The notes under the pieces were generated by a model. That model saw nothing but the letters and a program-made list of their open reading frames with translations. It ran no database searches and was not told where the DNA came from. Of a stretch of 64,000 bases of DNA, positions 1 to 13,505 are shown one piece after another. Origin of the DNA: Eledone cirrhosa (taxonomy: Eukaryota); the NCBI GenBank assembly GCA_964016885.1, contig OZ024741.1, positions 28,148,001 through 28,212,000 on the forward strand, given 5' to 3'. Numbering within the stretch: position 1 is the first letter of the stretch; every line of letters starts with the position of its first letter. Position numbers and translations under genes: made by a program.

Positions 1-130
1 GAAGGAATTGGTGTCAGTTATAACTTTACATTCGTAGATTAAGTTTTTATCAAGACAATGGTTGTTGAGAGGACATTTATTTTTAACAGGGCAATTGCAA
101 TTGCGATTAGAGAGATTATTAACGAGTGAC
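1..130 (-). mobile_element. Inverted copy of the PLE1 linker/GIY-YIG region joined to the truncated PLE1 5' end (continues off-window)
   Basis: 1..130 is the reverse complement of 1748..1877. Confidence 0.9.
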
Positions 131-460
131 AATTTCAAACCTAAATTCCTCAAAAAATGTTTTAGTCCACTCTGACAAAACCAATAATTTATATGGTATT
201 TCCAAGGATAACTATAACAACCTTATCCTAAAGGAACTTAGGAAAAAATATCGTAAAACCAACCATGATAATTTAGAATCCATAAACTTTGAAGCCTCTG
301 AGATTATGTCAAAACTTGGCATCGGAAAAAGACCGAACCATTCCTCCCAAGAACTCCGAGGATAAATCTCAAGGATCACAAAAACAATTTTCGTACTGAA
401 CTACCTGTTAGATTAATCGCCCCCTCTAAATCAGATCTGGGGGCTATTAGTAAAGCCATC

Positions 461-1201
461 TTGGATAGAATTATCCCACAGGTTCGTTCTAATTGCTCTT
501 CTTTGAACTTAAATTTATGGTTTGGTACTTCTGAAGTGATTGGCTGGTTCAACAAATTGAATAATAAAAACAAACTAAAATTTATTCAATTTGATATTGC
601 CAGCTACTATTCTTCTATTTCGCCTTCACTTCTCAACAATGCTCTATCTTTCGCATTTAAATATTCTGACATCACCACAGATGAACTTCACATCATTCTC
701 ACCGCACGTAAAACCATCCTAGAATTCAACAATGAATATTGGACAAGCGCTGATACCTCTAACAACTTCGACATCACAATGGGAGCATCCGATTCATCCC
801 AATTGACAGATTTAATTGGTATCTTTATTTTGAACTCTTTGAGTCGAAAAATTCCTCACCTTCGCGGTGGAATTTATCGTGACGATGGACTCTTTACTAT
901 CTTAAATTGCAACATAGTTAACCTTAATATTATTAAGAACAATATACGTAATCTCTTTAACCAACATAACCTAAAAATTGAATTTGATAACAGCATCAAA
1001 CTAGCTAATTTCTTGGATGTATCTCTTAATCTTAACACTGGCCTATATTACCCTTACCATAAAAACAATGAGAACCTAAATTATGTTAATTTTAGATCTA
1101 ACCACCCAACTAATATTAAGAATGCTATAGTTAGTAATATTGGAAAAAGAATATCTAACCTATCTTCTAATAAAAATATCTTTGATGCTAACGCCAATTA
1201 G
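461..1201 (+). pseudogene. PLE reverse transcriptase fragment
   Basis: YRDD catalytic motif, FLDV..L and SNHP motifs typical of PLE RT; flanked by stops and frameshifts. Confidence 0.88.
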
Positions 1202-1775
1202 TATAATAACGTGTTTTCTAAAGCCAGCTATCCTGATAAAATCAAATATAGTAAAGAAACAAATTCTAGAAGATCTTACAGTAGAATAATTAATCATGAT
1301 CATTCCAATAACTTTAATAAAAGACCTAGATACAAAAACATAATCTGGTATAATGCTCCTTTCTCCATCTCTATTAATAATAATATTCCTAAATTATTCT
1401 TTAGTGCCTTAAATAAATGCTTCCCTCCCTCACATGTCTATAGTAAAATATTTAACAAACACACTATAACATTTTCCTATTCGACATCCTCCAAACATTT
1501 CCAACATTATCTCTAAACACAACAATAAAATACTAAATACTAAATCTCTTCCTTCCAACACTGAATATCATAATAATAGTAATAGTACTCTCGACGTCAT
1601 TGTAAACTCTAGGCTAATTTATGCAAACCCAAATACAACGTCAAACACAACTTCGCTAAATGTTCTTAATCCCATTCTAAATCAAGAAACTATTATTCCT
1701 ATCGCAAATAACTTCTCCAATCCAATTCCTTCTATAGATAATACTAGGTCACTCGTTAATAATCTCTCTAATCGC

Positions 1776-2177
1776 AATTGCAATTGCCCTGTTAAAAATA
1801 AATGTCCTCTCAACAACCATTGTCTTGATAAAAACTTAATCTACGAATGTAAAGTTATAACTGACACCAATTCCTTCACCTATTTTGGCTCCACTTCCAC
1901 CTCCTTTAAAGCTCGTCTTTATAATCATCATTCGTCTTTTAAATACCAACTTAAAAGAACCAACACGGCTCTCTCAGAACTCATATGGTCCTTGAAAGAC
2001 AAAAATATTAAATATAACATCTCTTGGAAAAAGGTTTCTTCTGCTTCTCCATACATGAACAGTTCTCTATCCAAGACTTGCAATCTCTGTCTAAATGAAA
2101 AATTTACCATTATATCTAATTTAGATTCTATAATAAATAGATGCACTGACTTGTTTTTTTTCTCTCTGCTTGCATAA
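1776..2177 (+). pseudogene. PLE GIY-YIG endonuclease fragment
   Basis: Hand translation NCNCPVKNKCPLNNHC..LIYECKV..YFGSTSTSFKARLYNH..LSELIWSLK..CNLCLNEK, in frame with ORF 1992..2177. Confidence 0.85.
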
Positions 2178-2661
2178 ATTCCACAAAACATTCCATAAAG
2201 TATACAGCTAATATCCAATACTTTATCAATTTAGAATCCTTTTCTCAAAGGCACATATTTATATATATATACTTCTTTAAAAATATACCCATCTTTCTAC
2301 CTTATTTCAAAGTTATTTATTATACATTACATAATACTTGTTACTCATTCTATATAACTCCTATTTATCACTTCCCTTTCTTCCTTTTCCTTTTCTTTTC
2401 TTTTTCTTTTAATTTCTAACCCCTAATCTGTACCTTTTCTCACTGTGCCTAACATAGAAACAATTATTACACAATACAATATATTCTTACTTTATATCAC
2501 CTTGAAAAATTCCTTCGTAAACATAAACACATTTTTTTGACGTTAGATTGTTCATCCTCAATTCATTATTTTTTCTCCCTTTCATCTAACTTATTCATGC
2601 TCATCTCACAATATATCCTGACTTACATTACTTTTGTTTTTTTTTAATAATAGGTATCAAA

Positions 2662-2821
2662 ATTTTCTTTCCATCGCACATATTATTAAACCCTTAAATA
2701 TTATTCTTAATACATATTAACATTTTCTTTCCATCGCACATATTATTAAACCCTTAAATATTATTCTTAATACATATTAACAATTTCTTTTCATCGCACA
2801 TATTATTAAACCCTTCAATAT
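2662..2821. repeat. 60-bp tandem repeat, ~2.7 copies, in the PLE1 3' region
   Basis: ttttctttccatcgcacatattattaaaccctt recurs with period 60. Confidence 0.9.
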
Positions 2822-3161
2822 ACAAACCTTAACTTTACATTATTTTTCTCTTCGTTAATTTTCAAATTCTTTCAATTTATACATTATCTTCCAACGGTTT
2901 GTCAACCTCTCTATGTAAAACAATATATTTTTCTCAGTTATAAAAGCTATCTCTCTCTCTCTATCACCCATCTCTCCTCCTATCTCATCCTTCCTCATTA
3001 TACTCCTCCCCCTCCACTTTTTACTCTCATCTCCTCCTCTTTTTCACCCCCCCTCTAATTTTTTTTCCCAATATCACACATAAATCTAAAACTACTTTTC
3101 ATATGTTGATTTAAAACTGCACTATTCACAAGTGTTTTTTAACCTTCATATCATGTCTTCC

Positions 3162-3232
3162 TATTTTATCTGATGAAAACACAAATATTATTGCATGATG
3201 ATATTTGTTTTTGAAATGCGCATAATAAAATA
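3162..3232 (+). ncRNA. Type I hammerhead ribozyme in the PLE1 pLTR
   Basis: TATTTTAT-CTGATGA-[16-bp stem II with 1 mismatch]-GAAA-TGCGCA(palindrome)-TA-ATAAAATA; stem I is a perfect 8 bp. Confidence 0.85.
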
Positions 3233-3260
3233 CATGGAACTCTTTTAACCATCTTTTGAT

Positions 3261-3445
<185 letters not shown>

Positions 3446-3745
3446 TGTACAAAATACTGTGTGGTTCTCTCACGACATATGACTATATAGACTTTTTTTT
3501 AAATTTGAATTATTGATGATCTGGACAAACATCCATTGAGTTTTTCTGGTGAGAAATATATTCACCATACATATCATATATGTTATGATGCTTTAAATTA
3601 GTGGTAAAAATCCATTGGATGCAATGTGCGTAAAGAGTGGCATACAGTAGATGTAATATCTTAGTAAGTAAAAGATACACCATTATTTCGATGCCTTGTG
3701 AGTAAAATTTGGTAAGGGAAGACCATGCTGAAGTCTGTCACACAA

Positions 3746-3747
<2 letters not shown>

Positions 3748-3840
<93 letters not shown>

Positions 3841-3880
3841 ACACATACACATATATATATAAATATATATATATATAAAT

Positions 3881-3953
<73 letters not shown>

Positions 3954-3992
3954 AATGTATATATATATATATATATAAATATACTATATATA
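3748..3992. repeat. Compound (CA)n/(TA)n microsatellite
   Basis: direct reading. Confidence 0.95.
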
Positions 3993-4974
3993 GAGTTATA
4001 AACTCAAACAGTCTTTTACAATTAATTAGCTCAAAGAAAGAAGTATTTCTGAGCCGTGAAATACAAGTTAATATGAATTAATATATATGATAAACACTAA
4101 TACAATCATATAAGTGTTTGTATTGCAAATGACCAAGTTAGCTAGATTGAAAAATACTAATTAGATTAATACAGTTTGCCTGTCTCGATTTAAAATAATA
4201 AATCAATAAAAACAAACCCATATTGGCAATAGCTGTGATACCTGGACAAATTTAAATTTCAAAATCCAAACCTGTTCCGTAGATAAGTTTAAACTTCAAA
4301 ACCCAAATAAGTTTCGTAACGATAAGTGAAAAAGTGAAAAATTCCATTTTCTGTATTCATCAGCAGGTACCCAGAAAAATTGGTATGTTTCACCTCGAAA
4401 TATTTAGGAGGACTGATAAACGCACATGGTTTTCCAGTTCCTAGCTACCCCATACTCGTGCTGCTAGAAATAACAGCCGTTTTTATGGGACTAAAATTTA
4501 GCTCAACAAAAGGAGCCGTTAATACTATATATAGAGTTATAAACTCAAACCGTCTTTTACAATTAATTAGCTCAAAGAAAGTGAAAAAGTGAAAAATTCC
4601 ATTTTCCATGTGCGTTTATCAGTCCTCCTAAATATTTCGAGGTGAAACATACCAATTTTTCTGGGTACCTGCTGATGAATACAGAAAATGGAATTTTTCA
4701 CTTTTTCACTTATCGTTACGAAACTTATTTGGGTTTTGAAGTTTAAACTTATCTACGGAACAGGTTTGGATTTTGAAATTTAAATTTGTCCAGGTATCAC
4801 GGCTATTGCCAATATGGGTTTGTTTTTATTGATTTATTATTTTAAATCGAGACAGGCAAACTGTATTAATCTAATTAGTATTTTTCAATCTAGCTAACTT
4901 GGTCATTTGCAATACAAACACTTATATGATTGTATTAGTGTTTATCATATATATTAATTTATATTAACTTGTAT
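3980..4974. repeat. Fold-back mosaic: ~369-bp inverted arms plus internal direct duplications
   Basis: 4061..4429 is inverted at 4606..4974; 3980..4040 recurs at 4521..4581; 4324..4351 recurs at 4579..4606. Confidence 0.85.
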
Positions 4975-5332
4975 ATATAAATATATATATATAAATATAT
5001 CGACTAGAAATTGATTGACATATATATATATTTAAAATAAACACATGAAACAATCCCAGGGGATAATTTGTAAAGTGTGTAAGCACACATAACTATGTAG
5101 GTAACTAATTAAAGTTTAACTAGAACTTCAAATATTACCTTTTAAAAATGATTAATCTTCCTTGTATATATTTCATTAAAGAAATATATTTCACCAATTA
5201 ATCCGTAAACTCACAGTAGTCAAATCATTGGAATCTTTGAGCTTATTCTACGGTGGATATGGTGCATGTCTTGGACATGACTCCATTAATTTAATTTTAT
5301 TTTATTTTGTATATATATATATATATATATAT

Positions 5333-5819
5333 AAAGGTAAGTTATTCCGGGTTGAATCGGAGGTAACCACAGTAAGTAAGGTACTCAATACATACCAGAG
5401 TATACAAGTTTTAATATAGAAGAGATTCTACAGGACTATGGTTGATGGGTTTAAAGAATTAGCTTTTAAAGAATTCCCCTTTCTTTAAACTCATCAACCA
5501 TAACTGACCTCCAACCATCTTATAGACACCTGAAATATAGGCACTGTTAGCTTAAGAGAAAATTAAAAATAAGGAGTGGCAGCCCAATTTGAACCTGTTT
5601 ATAGAATTCTTTCTGCCTTTTTCACTCTAAATATAAATTATAGCTTTAAAGAATTAACTTTTAATGAATTCCCTTTTCTTTCAACCAATGACTTCCACCC
5701 ATCCCACTCCCCAACCTCTCCTGCCACCAGAAAAGATATAAATACCACCATATTTACTTGGACAGTCAGATTGCTGATGATTTCTCACGAATGAAACAGT
5801 TCTAGTCCTGTAGAATCTC

Positions 5820-5826
<7 letters not shown>
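5333..5826. mobile_element. Non-coding pLTR-like module with nested inverted repeats and an HHR-like core
   Basis: 5415..5438 is inverted at 5803..5826; 5437..5458 is inverted at 5481..5502; bounded by (TA)n; homologous to 62610..62712. Confidence 0.6.
5769..5807 (+). ncRNA. Minimal hammerhead-like motif
   Basis: GATTG-CTGATGA-TTTCTCACGAAT-GAAA-CAGT-TC-TAGTC; stem I 5 bp with 2 GU pairs; stem III minimal. Confidence 0.5.
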
Positions 5827-5849
<23 letters not shown>

Positions 5850-5854
<5 letters not shown>

Positions 5855-6585
5855 AGTAAATAATCGAGAATCAGAATTTCGGCCCACGAAATAACGATAA
5901 ACAAACTTCGACATGTGTAGCAGAGAGCTCAATAGTTTGGATGAACCAGAGCTATAACTATCGTTAAAATACCAACACATAGAGACGATGCTTAGAATCA
6001 ATCGCACAGCCGAAAAAAACGACCAGGAAAATTCGGGTCACTCAAATAAAAAATTAATAAATTAATAGATTAAATGAATGTAAAAAACTCACCCGGACCC
6101 GCTAGAAGGATGTTAAATTCTAGCTTTTTGGGTTTCTGCAGTTCCTTAATCAATTACTGTCAGCCCACATAAAAAAATATATCTGACTTCTAGTAAAGAT
6201 GAACGTGGAACCTGCTTTCTCAACGGATGTTTCGTTCAAGAATACAGGGGGACCTGTTACTGGACGCACGTGTAGTAAAGCAAGGGAGGGAACCCCTATA
6301 TATGGAGAAAGAATTCAGTAAGTGTAAATTTTGTAAGAATACAAAAAAATCACATATCGAATAAGAGTTCTCAACAGACGTGTTAAAATAAACAAGAGCT
6401 ATTCAACAGTCAATAAGATCAGCTAAAAAATCAATAAAATTAACTGGTCAATAGCTAAAGTCTGGAGATTAATACAAGTAAATAATCGAGAATCAGAATT
6501 TCGGCCCACGAAATAACGATAAACAAACTTCGACATGTGTAGCAGAGGGCTCAATAGTTTGGATGAACCAGAGCTATAACTATCG

Positions 6586-6589
<4 letters not shown>
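5850..6589. mobile_element. Non-coding element with ~118-bp terminal direct repeats (pLTR/LTR-like), between (TA)n tracts
   Basis: 5850..5967 recurs at 6473..6589 with one substitution. Confidence 0.7.
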
Positions 6590-6627
<38 letters not shown>

Positions 6628-6632
<5 letters not shown>

Positions 6633-7946
6633 CGTAAAATAAGAAAATTAAAAAAAAAATTTTTTTTAAAAAATTAACTTACTTAAATTTTCACTCAAAC
6701 TAATTAGTTTCTGCAATGGGATAAAGACAGTTACGTAATGAACTGTTGAGAATTTCATTGCGTCATCAGGGAGATCATTCTCAGCCAAGTCTCCAGGCAA
6801 TGCGCGGACACTGGGGACTCATGTAAAAATAATAATAATTCGGTAAATGGAACAGCTATCGAGGACTGGATTCCAGGTACTGAAAATTCTCACTGCCACT
6901 GGTCATATGGTCTGTCATCCCATTACCATCCCATTCCTACTGACTAGCCTCTGTGTCACGTGATTGATTCTTTAGAATCGGCCATATGACCAGTGGCAGT
7001 GAGAATTTTCAGTACCTGGAATCCAGTCCTCGATAGCTGTTCCATTTACCGAATTATTATTATTTTTATATGAGTCCCCAGTGTCCGCGCATTGCCTGGA
7101 GACTTGGCTGAGAATGATCTCCCTGATGACGCAATGAAATTCTCAACAGTTCATTACGTAACTGTCTTTATCCCATTGCAGAAACTAATTAGTTGGAGTG
7201 AAAATTTAAGTAAGTAAGTTAATTTAAAAAAAATTTTTTATTTTTTTTTATTTTCTTATTTTACGTCTTTCATATTATTGTTCTGCATCCTCCTGCATTG
7301 AACCACCTAGGTACTATGACATAACTTGTGTATTTGCTGGCATTAGCGTACATCTGTGCGCTTATGTTAGTAGATATATTAAATTATCTATATTTATCTC
7401 CAAATCACTGATTTGTCGAGCAAACCTGCCAAAACCACTTCTAAATTTTTTGGGGGTGTTTGTAGGCGTCTGTCATCTTACCATCCCATTCCTACTGACT
7501 AGCCTCTGTGTCACGTGATTGATTCTTTAGAATCGGCCATATGACCAGTGGCAGTGAGAATTTTCAGTACCTGGAATCCAGTCCTCGATAGCTGTTCCAT
7601 TTACAGAATTATTATTATTTTTATATGAGTCCCCAGTGTCCGCGCATTGCCTGGAGACTTGGCTGAGAATGATCTCCCTGATGACGCAATGAAATTCTCA
7701 ACAGTTCATTACGTAACTGTGTTTATCCATTGCAGAAACTAATTAGTTGGAGTGAAAATTTAAGTAAGTTAATTTATAAAAAAAAAAAAATTTTTATTTT
7801 TTTTTTATTTTCTTATTTTACGTCTTTTATATTATTGTTCTGCATCCTCCTGCATTGAACCACCTAGGTACTATGACATAACCTGTGTATTTGCTGGCAT
7901 TAGCGTTCATCTGTGCACTTATGTTAGTAGATATATTAAATTATCT
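6628..7946. mobile_element. Penelope-style inverted + tandem module (~480-bp unit x2 plus an inverted partial copy)
   Basis: 6628..6910 is inverted at 6982..7270; 6911..7389 recurs at 7469..7946; each unit carries CTGATGA-cgcaat-GAAA. Confidence 0.75.
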
Positions 7947-7969
7947 CTCTCTCTCTATATATATATATA

Positions 7970-8660
7970 TAAAAGAACACCTCAATACTAACGCTTCCTC
8001 ATTCAATAAACACCCAGTGAAATGTAAAAACACCGACAAAAACATAACAGTTAGGATAGAAGCTAAGGAAAGAAACCTCGGCAATCTTAGAATTAAAGAA
8101 GCACTGCACATAGACAAAACACAACCACCAATCAATAACAGACTAGAACTCAACACCCAATTTTTAACATGATAGAGCACCTAGCCCCACACTTACACCC
8201 CCACACACACGCACACGCACACACTCACAGACGCTTATACCCCACATATTCTCTCTCACACACACACATACACACACAAAGACCAGTTTTAACATGATAG
8301 AGCATCTAGCCTCCACACTTACATATAGACATTTCCTCTCACACTCACACATATACACACACACACGCATACTACACCTTCACGTATTCTCCCACACACT
8401 TAAACATACATGTACAAAACCCCCTTTAAAGGGAGACAACTCTTTATCCACCTAACCTTCACTCTTTGACATTAGAAATAGAATGGAATCTCTATACCAT
8501 TTCCTGTCAGCTAATTAGAACACTGGATTAACCCCTTTACTTCCCTCCGAAGAAGAGATATTATCTCGAAAATTAAGGATATTCAAATAAATTTAAGGTA
8601 AAAGACTAATTGTCAGCAATATCTTTTGCATTTGTATTTATATTCTATATCCATACCTGC
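7970..8660 (+). mobile_element. 3' fragment of a PLE (GIY-YIG C-terminus plus 3' region)
   Basis: KEH..SS..KH..C...LRIKEALHI....PPINNR; degenerate HHR CCGAAGA-a-gagata/tatctc-GAAA near 8547..8578; starts at (TA)n. Confidence 0.65.
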
Positions 8661-9480
8661 ATTGTTTTGGCCTTCAACTCCAAACGTTTATACTTCATTA
8701 TGCAATGCTTCAAGTAAACTGCAATTTCCTCCATATATATGTGTATACATATATATATATATACATATGCACACACATATGGTGGCTGCCAACTCGTTTT
8801 CGAGTACGGCCACTACTTTATATCCGTGTAGGAGAACCCCTACCAATGCGCTGAACGAGTGTGACTTTTTAGTCCAGCCAGCGACTTGAACATCCTGGTA
8901 CAAACACTACACTTGTGACAATTATTGACACATAGTGCTGGGCTCATGGTAGCATGTGACGACAAGTGCAGAGAGATCTCCAGATATAAAGCAATGCCTG
9001 TGCCGTGAAGCTTTTATAGTGAGCAAAGGCACTACACACAGCCAGTCCCACTCTCTTAACCAAGATGATATTTACCTAAAAGAAGAACAAGTCAACATCA
9101 TTGGATACCATCAGGGTTGCAGGTGTTATATCAGAGTTTTCCTTCTCCTAGAATTCTGCCTTGACAAAGGCTAAGGGGTCATCTCTCCCGGTGATTTTGG
9201 ATGGCCATTGACTCTTAAGAGCTCCTATGTATGTATGTATGTATGTATGTATGTATGTATGTATGTATGTATGTATGTATATATGTGATACTTGTAAAAT
9301 GTATCCCAGTACAACCCGTCCCATGGTCGCGTCGTTGGCGACTAAACTGGCAACCCCACCAGGTTTCTTGGTGAGGAGGGTGACTTTGGACATCCTGCAG
9401 GACTAAAAACAAAACCTGTCAAAAGGCACACACATATATACACATACAAACACACAATCACACACGCACATATACCTAAA

Positions 9481-9548
<68 letters not shown>

Positions 9549-9956
9549 TTTAGGTATATGTGTTATATTATGAAAATAAATCAAATTGTTTAGAACTGCA
9601 AGTGAAGTCATTCTTTTCCTTTTTTCAAATATACCTAACTCTACCAAGGATTTCACATATTACTATACCATATGTATACTCCCGATTGAGTAGTCATGTC
9701 CTCGTAATATACCTGGACATCTAAACCTGGTGGAGAAAATCCCTCCCTAGACAGGTGTGAATACACCTGATTTCGTACAAAGAATCAAAGAATGAGAGAT
9801 ATACATGAGGAATCGAAACTTGTTCTGGATTGGTTTTTACTTATCGACGAAAGAAGGTTGGAAAGGAAAGTTAATGGTGGGACTTGAACTCAAAATACAA
9901 AGGGTGGGGGTCAACTGCCGACATTCTCACAACGTTGCTAATCACCTGCCTTAATA

Positions 9957-10157
9957 TACTAGGTCTATTGAAAAGTTCATAGACTGTTTATGAAGGAGCG
10001 ATGCCAAAGATGTGAAATCGTGCATGCATTAATTTCAACTATTCTTATTAATAGCCGCATTGTTTCTTTGCAGGGACTATGTTGAAAAATAAACCTCATT
10101 TGGTCATTCCATGAGAGTATCTTGGTCAGCCTATGAAATTTTCAGCCGACTCTCTTA
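9957..10157. mobile_element. mariner-derived MITE
   Basis: Imperfect ~30-bp TIRs (tactaggtctattgaaaagttcatagactg vs reverse complement taagagagtcggctgaaaatttcataggctg) with TA at both ends. Confidence 0.6.
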
Positions 10158-10208
10158 AAATATACAATATATATATATGCGCGCACGCGCTCCCGCGTGT
10201 GAGTGCGT

Positions 10209-10261
<53 letters not shown>

Positions 10262-10579
10262 CGTGCGTGCGTGTGCGCACGTGCGTGTGTGTACGTATGT
10301 GTGTGCGTGCAAGTATCTGTGTGTTTAGTCCTAGCTGCTTTGCGTACGTTTTGAAAATTTCTAAGCATTCTGCTGGAAGTCCTTTGAAAATTGATCAATT
10401 AATTGTATATACCATTAACGTCATTTTCAGTTAATTGTTCCAAATTGTTTCCGTTTTTTGTGACAGAAGCTCTACTGGGGAAATGTACCACAGATTTCAA
10501 CATTCTCCATATATTATAAATAAAAGGAATCTAGAAGCTTCCGTTTTTATGACGAGTTAAAATTACACTTAGAAAGCAC

Positions 10580-10720
10580 GTCACTTAGTGGTTAATATGT
10601 CCGTTTTACGGTCGTAAGATTGTGAGTTCGTTTCCCCCCAGTGGCCCAATATGTCCTTGAGCAAGACACTTCATTTCACGTTACCCCAGTCAACTTAGCT
10701 AAAAAAACCCCCAAGAAACA
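10580..10720 (+). mobile_element. Degenerate tRNA-derived SINE with a CORE-like block
   Basis: A-box-like ttagtggtta, B-box-like gagttcgtttc, then gtccttgagcaagacactt. Confidence 0.55.
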
Positions 10721-11134
10721 AATAAGTTTTACCTGTAATTTAAAGGACACGCTTTGTCACACACTGTCATGCTAGAGATGTCTGAGAAATTGTGTTAAAA
10801 CTACACGTGTTAGTGGAATACTCAAACAGTTGGACACTAATGTCACAAACAGGCCGTTGTGTTGCTTCTCACATCAACTAAAACATTAATCGTCAGAAGC
10901 GACAAAGGGTCAACACACAGAACCTTACTGTAGCTTCTACTTTGTGTTCAGAAAACAAAACAATACATTCACGTATTTATAGTAATTTCAATGATGTGAA
11001 GACTATCAAAGTTCGGATTCCAGTGAACATTTATCATAATTAACATTTGTTTACACATTGTAAATAACATATATAAAAAGATATTACATCAATGTTGAAT
11101 GGAAACATTTCTTTTCATAATAGTTTACCTTACA

Positions 11135-11600
11135 CTCGTCCTCTCAAGGAAGCCTGCGCAGTGCACTATACATGTGAGTGGAGTTCCACTGAAGCAGGTG
11201 GAGAAGTTCAAGTATCTCGGGACCGTGTTCACGAGTGATGGAAGGTATGATACTGAATCAAGTGCAAGAATTGCAGGAGCTGGTGCAGTAATGCGCTAGT
11301 TTCAGCATTCAGTAATCAGAAGAAGGCAGATAGGTGTAAAAGCCAGAAGGGAGGTTGGTAAAAGCCAAACTTGCTATCTTCAATTCGGTTTTCCTACTAT
11401 GGTCATGGATCTTGGGTAATGACCAAAAGAATGCGATCGCAAATACAAGCGGACGAAATGGGGTTTCTCCAAAGGGTCTTTGGAGTAATGTTACTCGATA
11501 GAGTGCGTATCTCGGAGACCAGAGAGTCGCTCCGGGTAGAATCACAGCTCCGATACTGTGACATGTGGTTAGAATGTCTTAGGAAGGAATCGCAGGACAG
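11135..11600 (+). pseudogene. RTE-clade LINE RT C-terminal fragment
   Basis: LKQVEKFKYLGTVFTSDG, YGH.SWVMT.R.RSQIQA.EMGFL.RV.G...LDRVR. Confidence 0.75.
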
Positions 11601-11670
11601 GTTGGCTCGTTGCTCTGTGCCTATCGCTCGACGGCCTAAAACTGAGGAGCTGTTAACAAAAACACGTCAA

Positions 11671-11794
11671 AAAACATACAATGGCTGCAGAGATCGTAGA
11701 TATATACTCCCCGGATATTACGTCACACGGAGTAAAAACATACAATGGCTACAGAGATCATAGTTATATAGTCCCCGGATATTACGTCACACGG
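11671..11794. repeat. ~64-bp tandem duplication
   Basis: aaaacatacaatggct..ccggatattacgtcacacgg occurs twice. Confidence 0.85.
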
Positions 11795-12132
11795 TGACGC
11801 AACCCGCTAACCCCTACCCCACTCATAGCTCACGCATCACACTATGTCCTGTTACTTTTCTGACACACCTCTCTCTCTATATATATAGTGGGATGAAAAT
11901 GAATGTGTATGTGCATGTGTGTGTGTGTGTGCGTGCGTCCGTGTGTATGTTTGTGTATGTATGTGTCGTTGTTGTTATAATCCCATGACAATCGTCACCG
12001 AAGATATTTAGGATCAAAAGCAGTGTCGAGAGGAATTTGACGTCAAGTTACCATAGATAACATATCTATTGTATTATGTTTGCAAATTGCTTTTTTCCTT
12101 TTATATATCAAAATCGCACACATACAAATTGT

Positions 12133-13194
<1,062 letters not shown>

Positions 13195-13505
13195 ACAGAC
13201 AGAGCGTTAATTGCATGCTGATATCACTTCCGTGTTTGGTCTTTATGATACATGGAGCGTCAACCACCTGAAAAATATTTCTGTGACCTGACAGAGTTGT
13301 GATAACCGCCATTTTATAATGATATGCAGAAACTAAATATTTTTATACCTTTATATTCATGACCGAGTGGTTAGCAGTTTCTCCGCAAATATGAGATCCT
13401 GTGATCAGACCCACTTTCTGATATCTTCGGTAGGTGTCTCTTACCATGTGATCGAAGTGTCAGGTAGGACATAGTCTCACAGAGACCATAGTCTAGGTAG
13501 GCTAT

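Noticed and set aside
4660-4735. CTGATGA...GAAAC as a hammerhead
   Set aside because: No stem I, II or III can be drawn around the cores.
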